This document shows positions 16,478 to 27,800 of a stretch of 64,000 nucleotides of DNA, piece after piece. A program made the position numbers and the translations under genes. The stretch comes from Zygnema circumcarinatum SAG 698-1b (taxonomy: Eukaryota; Plantae; Zygnematophyceae). The stretch spans positions 4,092,001 through 4,156,000 of the forward strand of contig CM074806.1 in assembly GCA_037447605.1 (NCBI GenBank), in the 5' to 3' direction. Every line of letters starts with the position of its first letter. Position 1 is the first letter of the stretch. The notes beneath the pieces are model-generated. The model had not been told where the DNA came from and ran no database searches. It saw only the letters and a list, made by a program, of their open reading frames with translations.

Positions 16478-16971
16478 TATGAACCCCGTACAGCACCGGC
16501 CCTGGCCAGCCGACACAACCGCCGACCGCCGGTCTCGGCCGGTTTGTCCGGTTTGGTTTGTCGGTTTGTTTGGCAGTTTTGGCAGGTCTCCAAGTTGCAC
16601 CTCTCGAACCGCCGTCCAGCATACCGCCCAGACCGGTCATACGGCTCCAATGGAATTTCGCCATGTGGAAATATATGTACACGTGGCGAGTTCCTATTAG
16701 AGATTTTATGACTAGTGTTTTTAAATGAAATATGACAACTATTCCCCTCAAATCCGTGTTGTAGAAGTAACGTGGTTCGTCCCTATTGGCTCTAACGATG
16801 CTGACGATTCAAAAGCCTAGCTACAAGTCGATTTCCCGACACGTGTCTCCTCCGATCCCCAGATCCCGTCATCCGCTAAATTCCAACAGTCAAGATACGC
16901 ATGATCTCCGTCCGTACTTTCAAAAAGCGTTTTTAGCCGTTTTCCAAAAGTCAACGGGATGGTTGCGGTTG

Positions 16972-17888
16972 ATGATGGTCAGCCCCCTTTTGTCGTGTTC
17001 GGCGCCTGCCCTGCTCAAGGAAGCGGGCCGCCGCGGCCCCTGCCGCCCCCGTCCCGGCGCCGCCGCGGGACCCGGCGGGGGTGTAGGCGGCCGCGGGAAG
17101 CCGTGGGAGGAGAAGGCTTTGAAAGGGATGAGGATGATGGAGGAGGAGGAGGGGGCTCCACCGATGGGCATGGGCATGGGAAGCCATGGGAAGACGCCTT
17201 CAAGGAGGGGGAAGCATGGCGGAGGGGAACTGCCTCTCCTGCAAAGCAGATGGTGGTGTACGGCCAGCGCTGAGGAGGTTCGCCCCATGTCTTCGAGGGA
17301 AAGGAATGGTACGGAATATGTCCCGCGCGCAGAATTCTTTATCTCTTGAAATTTTTCAAGCCTTCTGCTCCAAGCTTTCCCTTCTTTCAAAGATCTAAAC
17401 GGCTAGAGGAATGCAACAATTGCGCCTTGATGAATTTTGATGAAGCATGTCGAAATTGGCTGACAGCTACTTCATCTGTTCAATTTTCCTTATACGCAGG
17501 ACTCGATGCAGCAGAAGGTGCCTCTATTTGCTCTGCTATCTCCCTGGGGTTTATCGCTGCATTGGAGGCCAAATTCTGGAACATCTATGACTGGGAATTA
17601 CTATGGAGAAGGCCTCCTGCTGAAAGCGAAGTTGTCCCTGCAAGTGAAGAAGACATCAACACAACAAGTTGCTTTCCCATCACTTCCTCCTTTTCATTTC
17701 TGAAGAGTGAGAGGATAATCTTCAACTACTATGAGGTTCAAGAAGGCCCTGAGAAGCCGCGAGAAACAGAGATAAAAGAGATGATTGTGGAAAAAAGGGC
17801 AAAGGCAGCAGCATGTTCGCGAACTGGTGAGGCAGAGGAGGCTGAAGACCTGCTACCTTGGTACTTATTCAGACCCTTGTATGGTTGA
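16972..17888 (+). other. Candidate two-exon chimeric gene or pseudogene: GC-rich exon 16972-17308 plus a duplicated terminal exon of the polyamine permease (17500-17888)
   Basis: 17500-17888 translates IAALEAKFWNIY...SERIIFNYYEVQEGPEKPRETEIKEM, paralogous to IADLKTKFWSIY...SKRIFLKYYEVQGASEKPQETEIREM at 23666-24053. A phase-1 donor (G|gtacgg, 17308/9) joins the acceptor (cag|, 17499) in frame. Confidence 0.55.
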
Positions 17889-18359
17889 ACCAGTATTGAC
17901 TACTTTTCAAATTCCGCTGCTTTTGCTGAGGTTGAATTGGCCCAAATTAGGGTTTCAGCTCTCGAGCAACGGCTAAAGGGACCACCTCTGAGCAGAACCA
18001 ATACGGTTGAAGTGATGGTGGATGTAGCGGAGTGTGTAAATAGCAAAAAAAAAAAAAAAAAGGGGAAGGGGAGATTGGGGAAAAGGGAAAATGGTATTCT
18101 TTTTCTTGATTTTACCAAACGAAACGATATCAATTTCCTCACCATATATTTTGCAAGTCTGATGAGTGTTGTTTTGCTGTACTCAAGATTCAAGAAAGAG
18201 AACACATTATGCTGAAGGAATATTTTCCTTTCAGACTGTCATTGCATGCACCAAGCACACGACTCCATTCCAAGGGCAGGCGAACGTTACAATTTAATAA
18301 AAAAAATGAAGTTGGAAAAGGTGAATGCTAAAGCCCTAATATTTGCTGTAAAGCCCCAG

Positions 18360-18655
18360 CTCCAATGCCTCCCAATGGTTGGCTGGGCATGCCAACCACG
18401 GGTCGACCCATTGTGCAATAGTTGGCAACCATTGTCAGTGGTTGGCTGGGTCCGGGGCCAGTGGTTTGAACCATTGACAATTGTTGGCAACCGTTGAATC
18501 CAATGATATCAATCACTGGCAATGGCTGCCAACCATTGGAAATTGTTGGAAATACCAGGTGTCCAACCAATGATGGTTCGAGCCATTTGAGATGGTTTGC
18601 AACCACTGAGTCCAATGGTTGGCGACCATGCCAATGGATGATCCAATGGTCCGAC
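18360..18655. repeat. Array of short CCAATGGTT/AACCATTG motifs in both orientations
   Basis: More than 10 copies of ccaatggtt(gg)/(gc)aaccattg variants, in direct and inverted orientation. Confidence 0.7.
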
Positions 18656-20101
18656 CTCTGGAGTGTACCCCATGTGATCTGTTCAACAAGCCCAACACTA
18701 CTTCCCGCGTGCTCACCTGCCAGCGTGGTGGTCAACGAACTCTGATTGGTCGGATGCTGACGTGGCGCGTGCCGTCAATTCTTTCGGTGTGCGTTAGCCG
18801 CGTGCCTCCATCTCTTTCCATGCGAAACCCGTTCAACTTTTTGTTTAGCGAGACGGAGAACCGTCCCTTTTTAAGGGCTCCATGAGGAAATGGATGCATA
18901 CCGTTTTTGTGGAACTGCGTTTCTGTACATGGAACGGTCCATGTCGAACTTTCAAAGGCCGGGATTCCCTTGAGCGTTTTGGCGTTCTGGGCACCACCGC
19001 GATTTCGGGTTCTACCAGGGAGTGGATGACTGACGTGGCACCAGCATGACGATGACGTGGGGCAGACGTGGCAACCCCGAGAGTTCGATTGGGCACGGTT
19101 CCCCCTGTTCGTTGAACCAAATTGAAAATTAGTCCAATCGCGCGTCGCCACCTGGTGCCAAAGATTTTCTCAATGCCACGTGTACGGATGAATATCCACG
19201 TGGCGATCACTGATTGAACCCCGGGAATTACGTTTAAGCGCTCTATTCGTGTATCCAATAAAAAACAGCCACGTGTATTTTGTGTACACATGGCACATAT
19301 TTCATTAGACGAGGCCGTTTGAAGTGCTGACGTGGCCTTGGAAAGTCAGCTGGTTCGGAGAGGGCTCCCCTGGAGCTGTCCTGGAGCTCTGCGGCAGCCA
19401 TAGCCATGGCCTGCAACCTTTTGGGAAGGGGGAGCTTCAGGCTCAACGGTACTAAGCCAGGAGATATGGATGAAGGAAGCTTCTTTCGGTTGCGGAGTTC
19501 TTGCTTTTTGCATGACACGGGTTGAAGAAGTCGGAAGTCGGGGATTGAGATTTTGTGATATCAATGCACCCAGAGTCATGCAGTCGATTGTGAGCTTTGA
19601 AAGGATGGTGTGATGAGGAGGGATTGATGGAGATTCAGACCCGCAGAGGCTAATTCTGTCAGGGAACAAGGCGTAAGTAAACCAGGAGGAAGAGCTCTGT
19701 ACAGAGAACATTGGGAGCTGTCCTTTAGGCCCTGTTGACGACGCCACACATCGACGCAGCTTGTTAGTGGATTTCTGCAGAATAAAAATTGTTTCTGATC
19801 TAATAAAAAATGGTCATGAACAACGTCATTGCTTAAAACCAAAGCTGTATAGAGTTTCTGCAAGACTTTGGAAGCCAGGAAGAAGCATATCCGGTCATTG
19901 AATCGGATTCGTGTGACACACATACACTACCAAACATGGATAAATTTGATGATGCCGTGGTCTGCATATGCATCTCCCTCTAGTGTAGCAGCACATGAAA
20001 TTTGCAACCTCCTGCACTTTATTTTGCGAGCGAACGATTGCTAGCTGTTACGTACATTGCCAGCAGTACTGAATTAACCCGAACGAAGGCCAAAAGACCC
20101 C

Positions 20102-23100
20102 ATGGCGAAAGCAGCAGAAGATGTCAATATGACGCAAAAAGGTTTCCTTTCCGAGATGGAAGGCGGTTCAATTAGTCATGGTGGAGAGACTCTTTTTCTG
20201 ATGCCAGACGGCTATGTGCCAAGTGTTGAAGAGCTTCCACAATCTTCGTCGGAAAGCAATGGAATAGGATTGGCGAAGGTGTCTATGGCAGTATTGCATC
20301 AGCAAAATGGCATTCCTTTGCTGTCGTCCTTGCAGCTTCTAGGAATCATCTTCTTCACAGTGGCCGGGGTATGGCAGCAAATGCTTGTTCCAACCTTCAA
20401 GTTGCTGTATCACTTCCTCTGCAGTACATGATGTTTCCGTTTGCATTCTTCATACATAAAATTGGAACAGGTTGCTCAAGGATACTAAGGTCATCCTTCA
20501 GTCACGCATTCTGTAAATAGAAATTTCTTCCTGGAATGTTTAGAGAGACAAGTCTCCTCCGATCGGGCAAAATCTGGTCTCATGATGAGCATGCGGAGTC
20601 TCAAGTGTAGCCATATGATTGCCCTTTACTCTAAGCTTAACGCTTTAAGCATCTAAACTGAAATACATGCATATGCGAATGTAACCATCAAAGGACGGTC
20701 ATATCTTGCTCTTCTGTCCTTGTCAGCCACTAAATGGCATGCATGTAGTTTTTTTTAATGATTTCACAATTATACATATTGTGCTCTGACAGGAAAACTA
20801 TAGCATAGTATAATGCTCCATTCCAGGGTCTGCCATTCTCCAAGCCTTCATTTTCAGGACCCTAATTTTCTCCGCCCTCAACCTGCAGGGCCCTTATGGC
20901 TTCGAGGACGCTGTCGGAGCAGGAGGGCCTGCAATCATGTTTCTTTTCCTTTTTATTGTTCCCATCCTGTGGTCGACTCCGATGGCACTCATGACTGCAG
21001 AGCTTGCCTGCATGATTCCGGAAACAGGAGGCCACATTTTCTGGACTTACCGGGCCTTTGGACCTTTTTGGTCATTCTTGAACGGAGTCTTTACACTCGC
21101 TTGCAGCGTTTTTGATACCGCCTTGTATCCAGCCATGTTTGTTGATTACTTGGGCTACCTCATCTACGGCGGTTGGAAGGCTGTCCCTACTATATGGAGC
21201 ATCTGCTTGAAGACCAGCATGGTTGTGGCTGCTGTCTTGATAAATATTCGCGGTGTAGGCATAGTGGGTGAGTGGACTGGCTCCATGTCATGCTTTCCTT
21301 TTTAGGTCCTTTGAAACCCATAAGGTTCTTTCTCGCATTATTTTGTTACGTATTAAGCTAATTGTTGTAAAAAATCTCGTCGTATTGGCTTTTTGCTTGT
21401 GTAGGAACGGCGTCGATCTTCTTTCTCGTAGCGGTGTTGACCCCATTTGTGGTGCTTATATTATGGGGTCTTCCTCGCTTTAGCTTCGCTTGGGTGGCCG
21501 TAGGCATCCCGAAGCGAGTCAATTGGGCAAGACTCCTCACAATCATTCTCTGGAACACTTCCGGGTAAAAAAAATAATAGCCCTTAGTTTTTTCAACCCC
21601 CTCTTTTTCCCCTTATCAGAGTTGCTGAGTTCAGACTGCTTTTGCAGCTTCGATGCCGCTGGGACATGTGCTTCCGAGGTGAAGAATCCGGAAAAGTCGT
21701 ATCCAGTCGCTTTGGGTGCTGGAGTTGCCATCATGGTTGCAATATATGCAATTCCATCGTTACTAGGTGTTAGTGTAATGCCGGACGCGAAGTTATGGCA
21801 TGATGGAGCGTATGTTCAAGTGGCATCAATAGTTGGCGGCCGCGGATTAGGGGTTGGTGCTCTTCTCACATCCTTTCCTCCAACAAACCTTGCTCTTTAT
21901 TCTGTAAGACGAACCATGATGATGAGTGCAGTCGTTTTCTTGTGACACAAACACATTCTAGCTTTCTGAAGTATGTTTGTGTTTTCTTTTCGTTGCTTGG
22001 TTTATGTTGTTTTTTGAATGCAGGTATTGATGGGAGTGGCTGCCATGCTGAGTGCCATGGGTCTCCTTGTCACCCGCCTTTGCACAAATTCTCGGCTCGT
22101 ATTTGGTATGGCACGTATAGGACAGGTGAGCCTGGGAGCCCTCCCCCCACCCCGTATAGCAATGCAACGGTTGCCTAAAATTGCCGGGTTTTTGCCGGGT
22201 CTATAGCGTTGATAATGTTAAGGCCGACTTGGTGTTTTTCAACGTAGACAGTCATGCTACTGTAGAGGTCGATCGATGTCTCTCAGTGACAATATTTCGT
22301 CAATTACTTGAAACCAACCTCTGTACCAATGTGACTATCGATACCGATGTGAAGCTTCGTGTGTTCAGGTGCCCCGAGCACTTGGAGCCCTTCATCCCCA
22401 TTATGCGACCCCATGGGTGGCTATCATCGTCACCTCTGCATGCACTTTGCTGCTATCCGGCCTCTCCTTCACCTCTCTTGCAGAAGTGAGTTACTGCAAC
22501 ATGCACATTCATAGCTCTCAGGGCTTTCAAAGTCAGTTAAGCAATCGGACTACGTTTTTAAGAGTTCAGTGTCATCTTCTTTCGAGGAGACCTGGTGTCA
22601 AAATTACTACCACGTCCTTGCTGTACGCGAGTGCGTACGGATTTGCACGCTTGTCCTCAAGGTTTGACTTCTGTAGGATCTGAAAACGAACGATGCTCAA
22701 ACAAGAAATGAAGAGTCTCAAGTGTTCCGTTGTTCGACTATTAGCCTGGAATGTCTGAAAGTGTGCAAAGGATCAAGTTCACATAGGAACTCAGTCGATT
22801 GGAAACAGTTTTAATCCTCAAAGTTCTGCCAACAACCTCGCAAATGATGACTTGAGCAAGCTGAGAACTCTCCCGTGAGTATAATGAACGTGAAATTGAA
22901 ATCACCCTGCACGGAACGAGCAGGCAGACATGGTGTTCTATGCGCTCTCAACTTCTTTAAAATTTGGAGCTCTCGTTCAACTGCGCTTCACCGAACCAGA
23001 TGCCTATCGGCCATTCCGCATCCCAATTGGTGACAAATGGTTGGCAGGTGAGTGGATCTGTGTGTATGCTAACGTTCTCCTGAATCCAATGAATATTAAC

Positions 23101-24053
23101 AAAGCATCCGTACATCTTTCATATCTACAGTACTGCCTACAGTACCCACCTTTTCCTGTACGTCGTTGATGGCTTGTTTGGCTTAGCAAGCAGATGGCTC
23201 CCTCATACCTGATTGAAGTTTAATCTGATGGCAAGAGGTCGTTGCCTTGTTTGTATGAAACACATGCGAGCTTTATGTTCAGTTTTAATAACCACCCCGT
23301 GTAACTGCTTGCCAGTTCTTTGTGCGGTGCCTATTGGGCTTTGCATCGCCATGGTCTGGATTGCTTCTCAGCGGTCGCACTTGATCGCCATTATTGGTAA
23401 GCTCCTAACCCTCATAAAGCGTTTACGACCTTAGAGGATGTTGACAATCCCAACATAAGAAGACTACAAACCCAACATTTTCTGAGGTCCCCAAGCTTGC
23501 TGCCTCAGAGCCATATAGATGCATAGGTTCTGTCTAAAAACTTAGACCTCATGCATTACAACCGTGACTACGCACACGCAGTAAAGCCATGGCGGCTCCC
23601 GGACCAAAGGCGATAAGTTGTCTCCTGAACTAAACTCTACTTTCAAACTCGCGTTTTTACACAGGCCTTGTTGCGGCAATCGCTGGCTATGTTGCCCAAG
23701 AAGGTGCCCCTCTAGGCCGTTTGACCTTGCTTCAGACCATAGCAGACTTGAAGACCAAGTTTTGGAGCATCTATGCCTCAGTTCGCAGTTGGGGAAGACC
23801 CCATGATCCCGACTTGGGCCCTACCAGCAAAGAGGATGTTGAGGCCCATCCTCCGTCTAGTAAAAAGAGGTTTTTTCCCGGCCTTTCATTTCCTGGGAGC
23901 AAGCGGATATTTTTGAAGTACTATGAAGTTCAAGGCGCTTCTGAAAAGCCACAGGAGACGGAGATAAGGGAGATGGCAGCACATCCTCAAAGTGGTGGAC
24001 AAGAGAAGGCGGAACATGAGCATCCTCGGGCACCACTACTCCGTGCGAACTGA
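20102..24053 (+). CDS. Polyamine uptake transporter / L-type amino acid permease (APC superfamily, PUT/RMV1-like)
   Basis: Motifs include LLGIIFFTVAGGPYGFEDAV, ALMTAELACMIPETGG, FDTALYPAMFVDYL, ILWNTSGFDAAGTCASEVKNPEKSYP, HPHYATPWVAI and QLRFTEPDAYRPFRIP. Nine or so exons with GT-AG introns. Confidence 0.92.
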
Positions 24054-24812
24054 GCACGAACTGAACTGAGAGCAAAGCAGTGAGTGAAAAAAGAGAAAAC
24101 ACAATCGAATGTTGCAAAGACCTCTTTAAACACGTAAGACCACCGGCTAAGTTTATGTAGGGTTCAAATTATAGGCCAAAAGGCGGCGTCGCGAGGTAAA
24201 AGAGAATGGTTGGTTAGTGTAGCGTTGCTAGTTGGCAGGGGAGAGTGCAGTCACATCCCTACCCCCTATTTGAAGATTCTTAGAAAAACTTAAAAGTCTT
24301 GAAAGTTCTTTAGTCCCCCCCCCCCAAGAACTCCTCCCCAAGCTTCCAAGGACGTAAAAAATCTCAAAACCCTGAAAACGTCACCACCCAAGCTTCGATT
24401 TTAATTAAACTAAGCAGCATTGTTTGCGAACCCAATATATCCAAAAGCCACTTTTCCAGAATAACAACCAGATTTTCCATTCAAACGCTAAGAAAAGAAA
24501 AAGAGGCAGAGATGATACAAAACAACACTTTCCAAAAATTGACCAATGTACACGCACTATGAACAACCTGAAGAGGGTCTTTGCAGCCCAAAGAAACGAA
24601 TATGTTGAATTTGCACTGCCGAGACTTATTTACTTTTCACTAGAAATGATGACCTATGCCCAAAACCCTCATGGTAAAATCTGCTACGTTCACTCTCTCT
24701 GCAACATGTGCTACACTCTCTCACGAACACTCACTCTCTCTCCCTCTCCACCCCCCCCCTTCTCTATTTGCTATACTACAGAAATGCATTGTCGTCCAGT
24801 TGCTGAGTATCT

Positions 24813-27800
24813 TCACTTAACACCTTCGCTTGTGCATTCCAGGAACACCAAAGGTTTGGGGTTTCTTGTACACGCTTCTCGTTCTTTTAGTTCGTTCGTG
24901 TAATTCACCTGCACCGCCAAATAAGAAAAAAATACTAAATGCAACAGATTGAGACGGTGACGAGTAGCTAAAAACCTTAAAATCAGAAACACTACTCAGG
25001 ATTTTACGTCGACCGCAGAGAGAAAAAGTGAGAGAGAGAAAGAGAGAGAGAGGGCGCGAGAGAAAGAGAGAGAGAAGAGAGAGAGAAAGAGAGAGGGAGA
25101 AAGAGAGTTATGAGAGTATGAGAGGTAAATCCTCAGACAAAGAAGACAACAAGCATACACTAGTTAGTCTGTTAGTTAGTTAACTATCTAATTAGTTAAT
25201 TAGTTAGTCAATCAGTCAGTCAGTGTACATTACGTTCAACGAGTCGGGGCAGAAGGCCCATCCACAAACCGCCTTGCAGCTGTAGCTCTCACTTTTGAAA
25301 TAAACTCCGGCATCTGCAGTTCCCCCTCGTCCACCCTCGGCCATTGTAAGCGAAAGCCCCATATGCGGTTGGAAATTATTTTGTCGGGTAAAATGGAAGA
25401 GACCACATGGATCCTTGACGAGCCCTATATGCAGTTGATCATTCACTGTAGATCGTAACGGGACCTATATCTCACTCACCCCAGGAAAGTGGCGCAGAAC
25501 TGGAGCATAGCTGTTGAGCATGTGCTCGGTTTCCGCAACAAATACATTAAGCTCTTGCACATCTTTGCTGAAGAGCAGCACCTGCACAACTCCAACTCGA
25601 TTTTAGAAGAGAGAGCATTCCTTGACCAGAGGTGCAAAACTGACATCCACAACATAAACGGATCAAGGGGAAAGAGTTGTTGAGGAATCTCTCGGAAACA
25701 ATCCAACAATTGCCAATATCTCTAAAGAAATTGCATGGCTTCAGGTCATACCTCTCTTTCAGCCTTCAGATAATTGCTCTTGCCCTTCTCCAGTTTACGC
25801 TCTTGCTCTTTATAACGTGCGTCTGCCACTCGCAGCTGCTCTTCATGCATTTTTTGGGTCGCGTTCAGCCTGCAGGCAAATCACGCAAGACGTCATTCAG
25901 CAACAATGTGTGTATCCCAGGGAGAGAGGGAGAGAGAGAGAGCGGTTCAGCAAAAACGGTATCCCCATATGTGGTTCATGACTGCCTGCTTTAGGCTTAA
26001 CACAGGAACACAGTAACAGGCTCATCTAGCAATAACTGAAGGTATAAGAACACCCCTCACTCTTCTACCCTGACAGTGAAAAGATTAGCTGCCTCATCCA
26101 AAGAAAACACTCTCACAACTCAACTTGGGCTCACTGAATCCCTCACACTGAATCTATCACTCTCGTTACGAAACTATAAGGTTGAAGTGCGGGACGACAC
26201 CTTTCTTGCACTGCCTGCAGCCGAGCTCTCACAGCAGATGCAGGTTTTCTCTTCCCTGCTTGGTCTTGCTGGTCTTCAACCTCCTTCCCTCCCAAAACAC
26301 TTAAGCATATCTCAACATCACTAGCAAACTCCTGCAATTCTTTTTCGTTCTCTCTCACCTTCTCCTCCGCCATTCTAACTGCTTCCTCCAACTCTTGGAC
26401 TCTGAGAGCCGACTCTGACCGCATCCTCTGCCCAGCTTTTGTCTCTCTTGCAATGCTCTCCTCTGCAAACTGAAGAGCTGCCTCAGCCTCCCCCAGTCTC
26501 TGTTCCAGAACTACAAGCTGTTGTCTTGAAGTTGCTACTTGTTCTTCAAGTCTTGCAGTGTACTCCATTAAAGACCTCATTTCAATTTCCTTCTCCAAAC
26601 TCCCTTCCCTCTCCTTCTTGAGCTCCTCAATGATGTGCTCCATCGTCCCTTCACTCTCCCTTGACAATGAATATGACTCAGTTAGTCTTTCCTCCAATTC
26701 CTGCTTCTCTCTTTCCAGCTCTGAAACTCTGTGATCTGAGTCCCTAGCTTTCCCCTCCCAATCCAAGCTCAGACGTTCTGCAGCTTCTTTCTCCATTCTT
26801 AACCTTTCCAGTTCCTGTTCCAGCCCCATATTTACGTCCCTTAACCTCTCCAAATCCCCTTCTGCAAGAACGATCTTCTCTAATAACAATTTCCTCTGCT
26901 CCATGGATTCCCCTTCCCCTTTTGACTGCCGTAGCTGTTCCAACTCAGCCTCCATAACTTTGCACGATTCCTTGGCTTTTTCCACTTGTCGAACCAACCT
27001 CAGCATGTCCATCTGCTTTTCTTCTGCCTCTGTCACCATCCTCTCTAAATCCATCCGGATGTTGCTGCACTCAATCTCCAATAGCTTGACTTTTTCTTCC
27101 TTCTCTAGTTGAACCTTGTATAGCATTCTGCTAGATTGCTCTTCCTTAGCCGTCAACTTCTCCAAGAACGCTGATTTTAACTCGGCTTCTTGTCTTGCAA
27201 GTGCCTCCTCCTGTTCACTCTCCTTCGCTCTCTCCATCTGCGAGAGCCTCTCCTGCAACTCGTCTTTACTCTCACGCAGGCTATCCAAATTGGCCTTTAA
27301 TTCTTGATTCCCCTTCTGTGTCTTATCCAGATCTATTTGGAGTAAATCCTTTGACTTCTTTATTCCGACAAGAACACCCTCCAATGCCTCTCTACAGTTC
27401 TCAATCTCGTTCAACCTCTCCAGCAACTGTTCTTTTTTGTCAGAGAGCAGCTGCCACTCTTTCTTGGCTTCAGTCACAGCCTCCTCTTCCATGCGCAATT
27501 GAAGCTTGACACCATCACACTCCACTTTAGCTTCTTCCAGTTTTCTCTCCAAATCCGACGTTTTTCCTACAAGAATTTCATACCGTTCCTTCACTGTCCT
27601 TAACTCCTCCTCAAGCTCGTGGTGATGGACCTTCAATGCTTGAAATCCGCTCTTCTCATCCGTCAATTCTTTCTCCAACGATTCTTTCGAGCCATTCAAA
27701 CGTTCCACAATTCCCTGTACCTCCTCCAGCTTGACCTCTAAATTTTTCCGCTGAAAATACAGAATCTCCACCTCAGAAATCGCTTCATTGAGCTTCTCGG

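Noticed and set aside
25160-25225. TAGT/TTAG-rich tract, with similar ones at 37500-37615 and 41285-41390
   Set aside because: Low-complexity, with no definable element boundaries.
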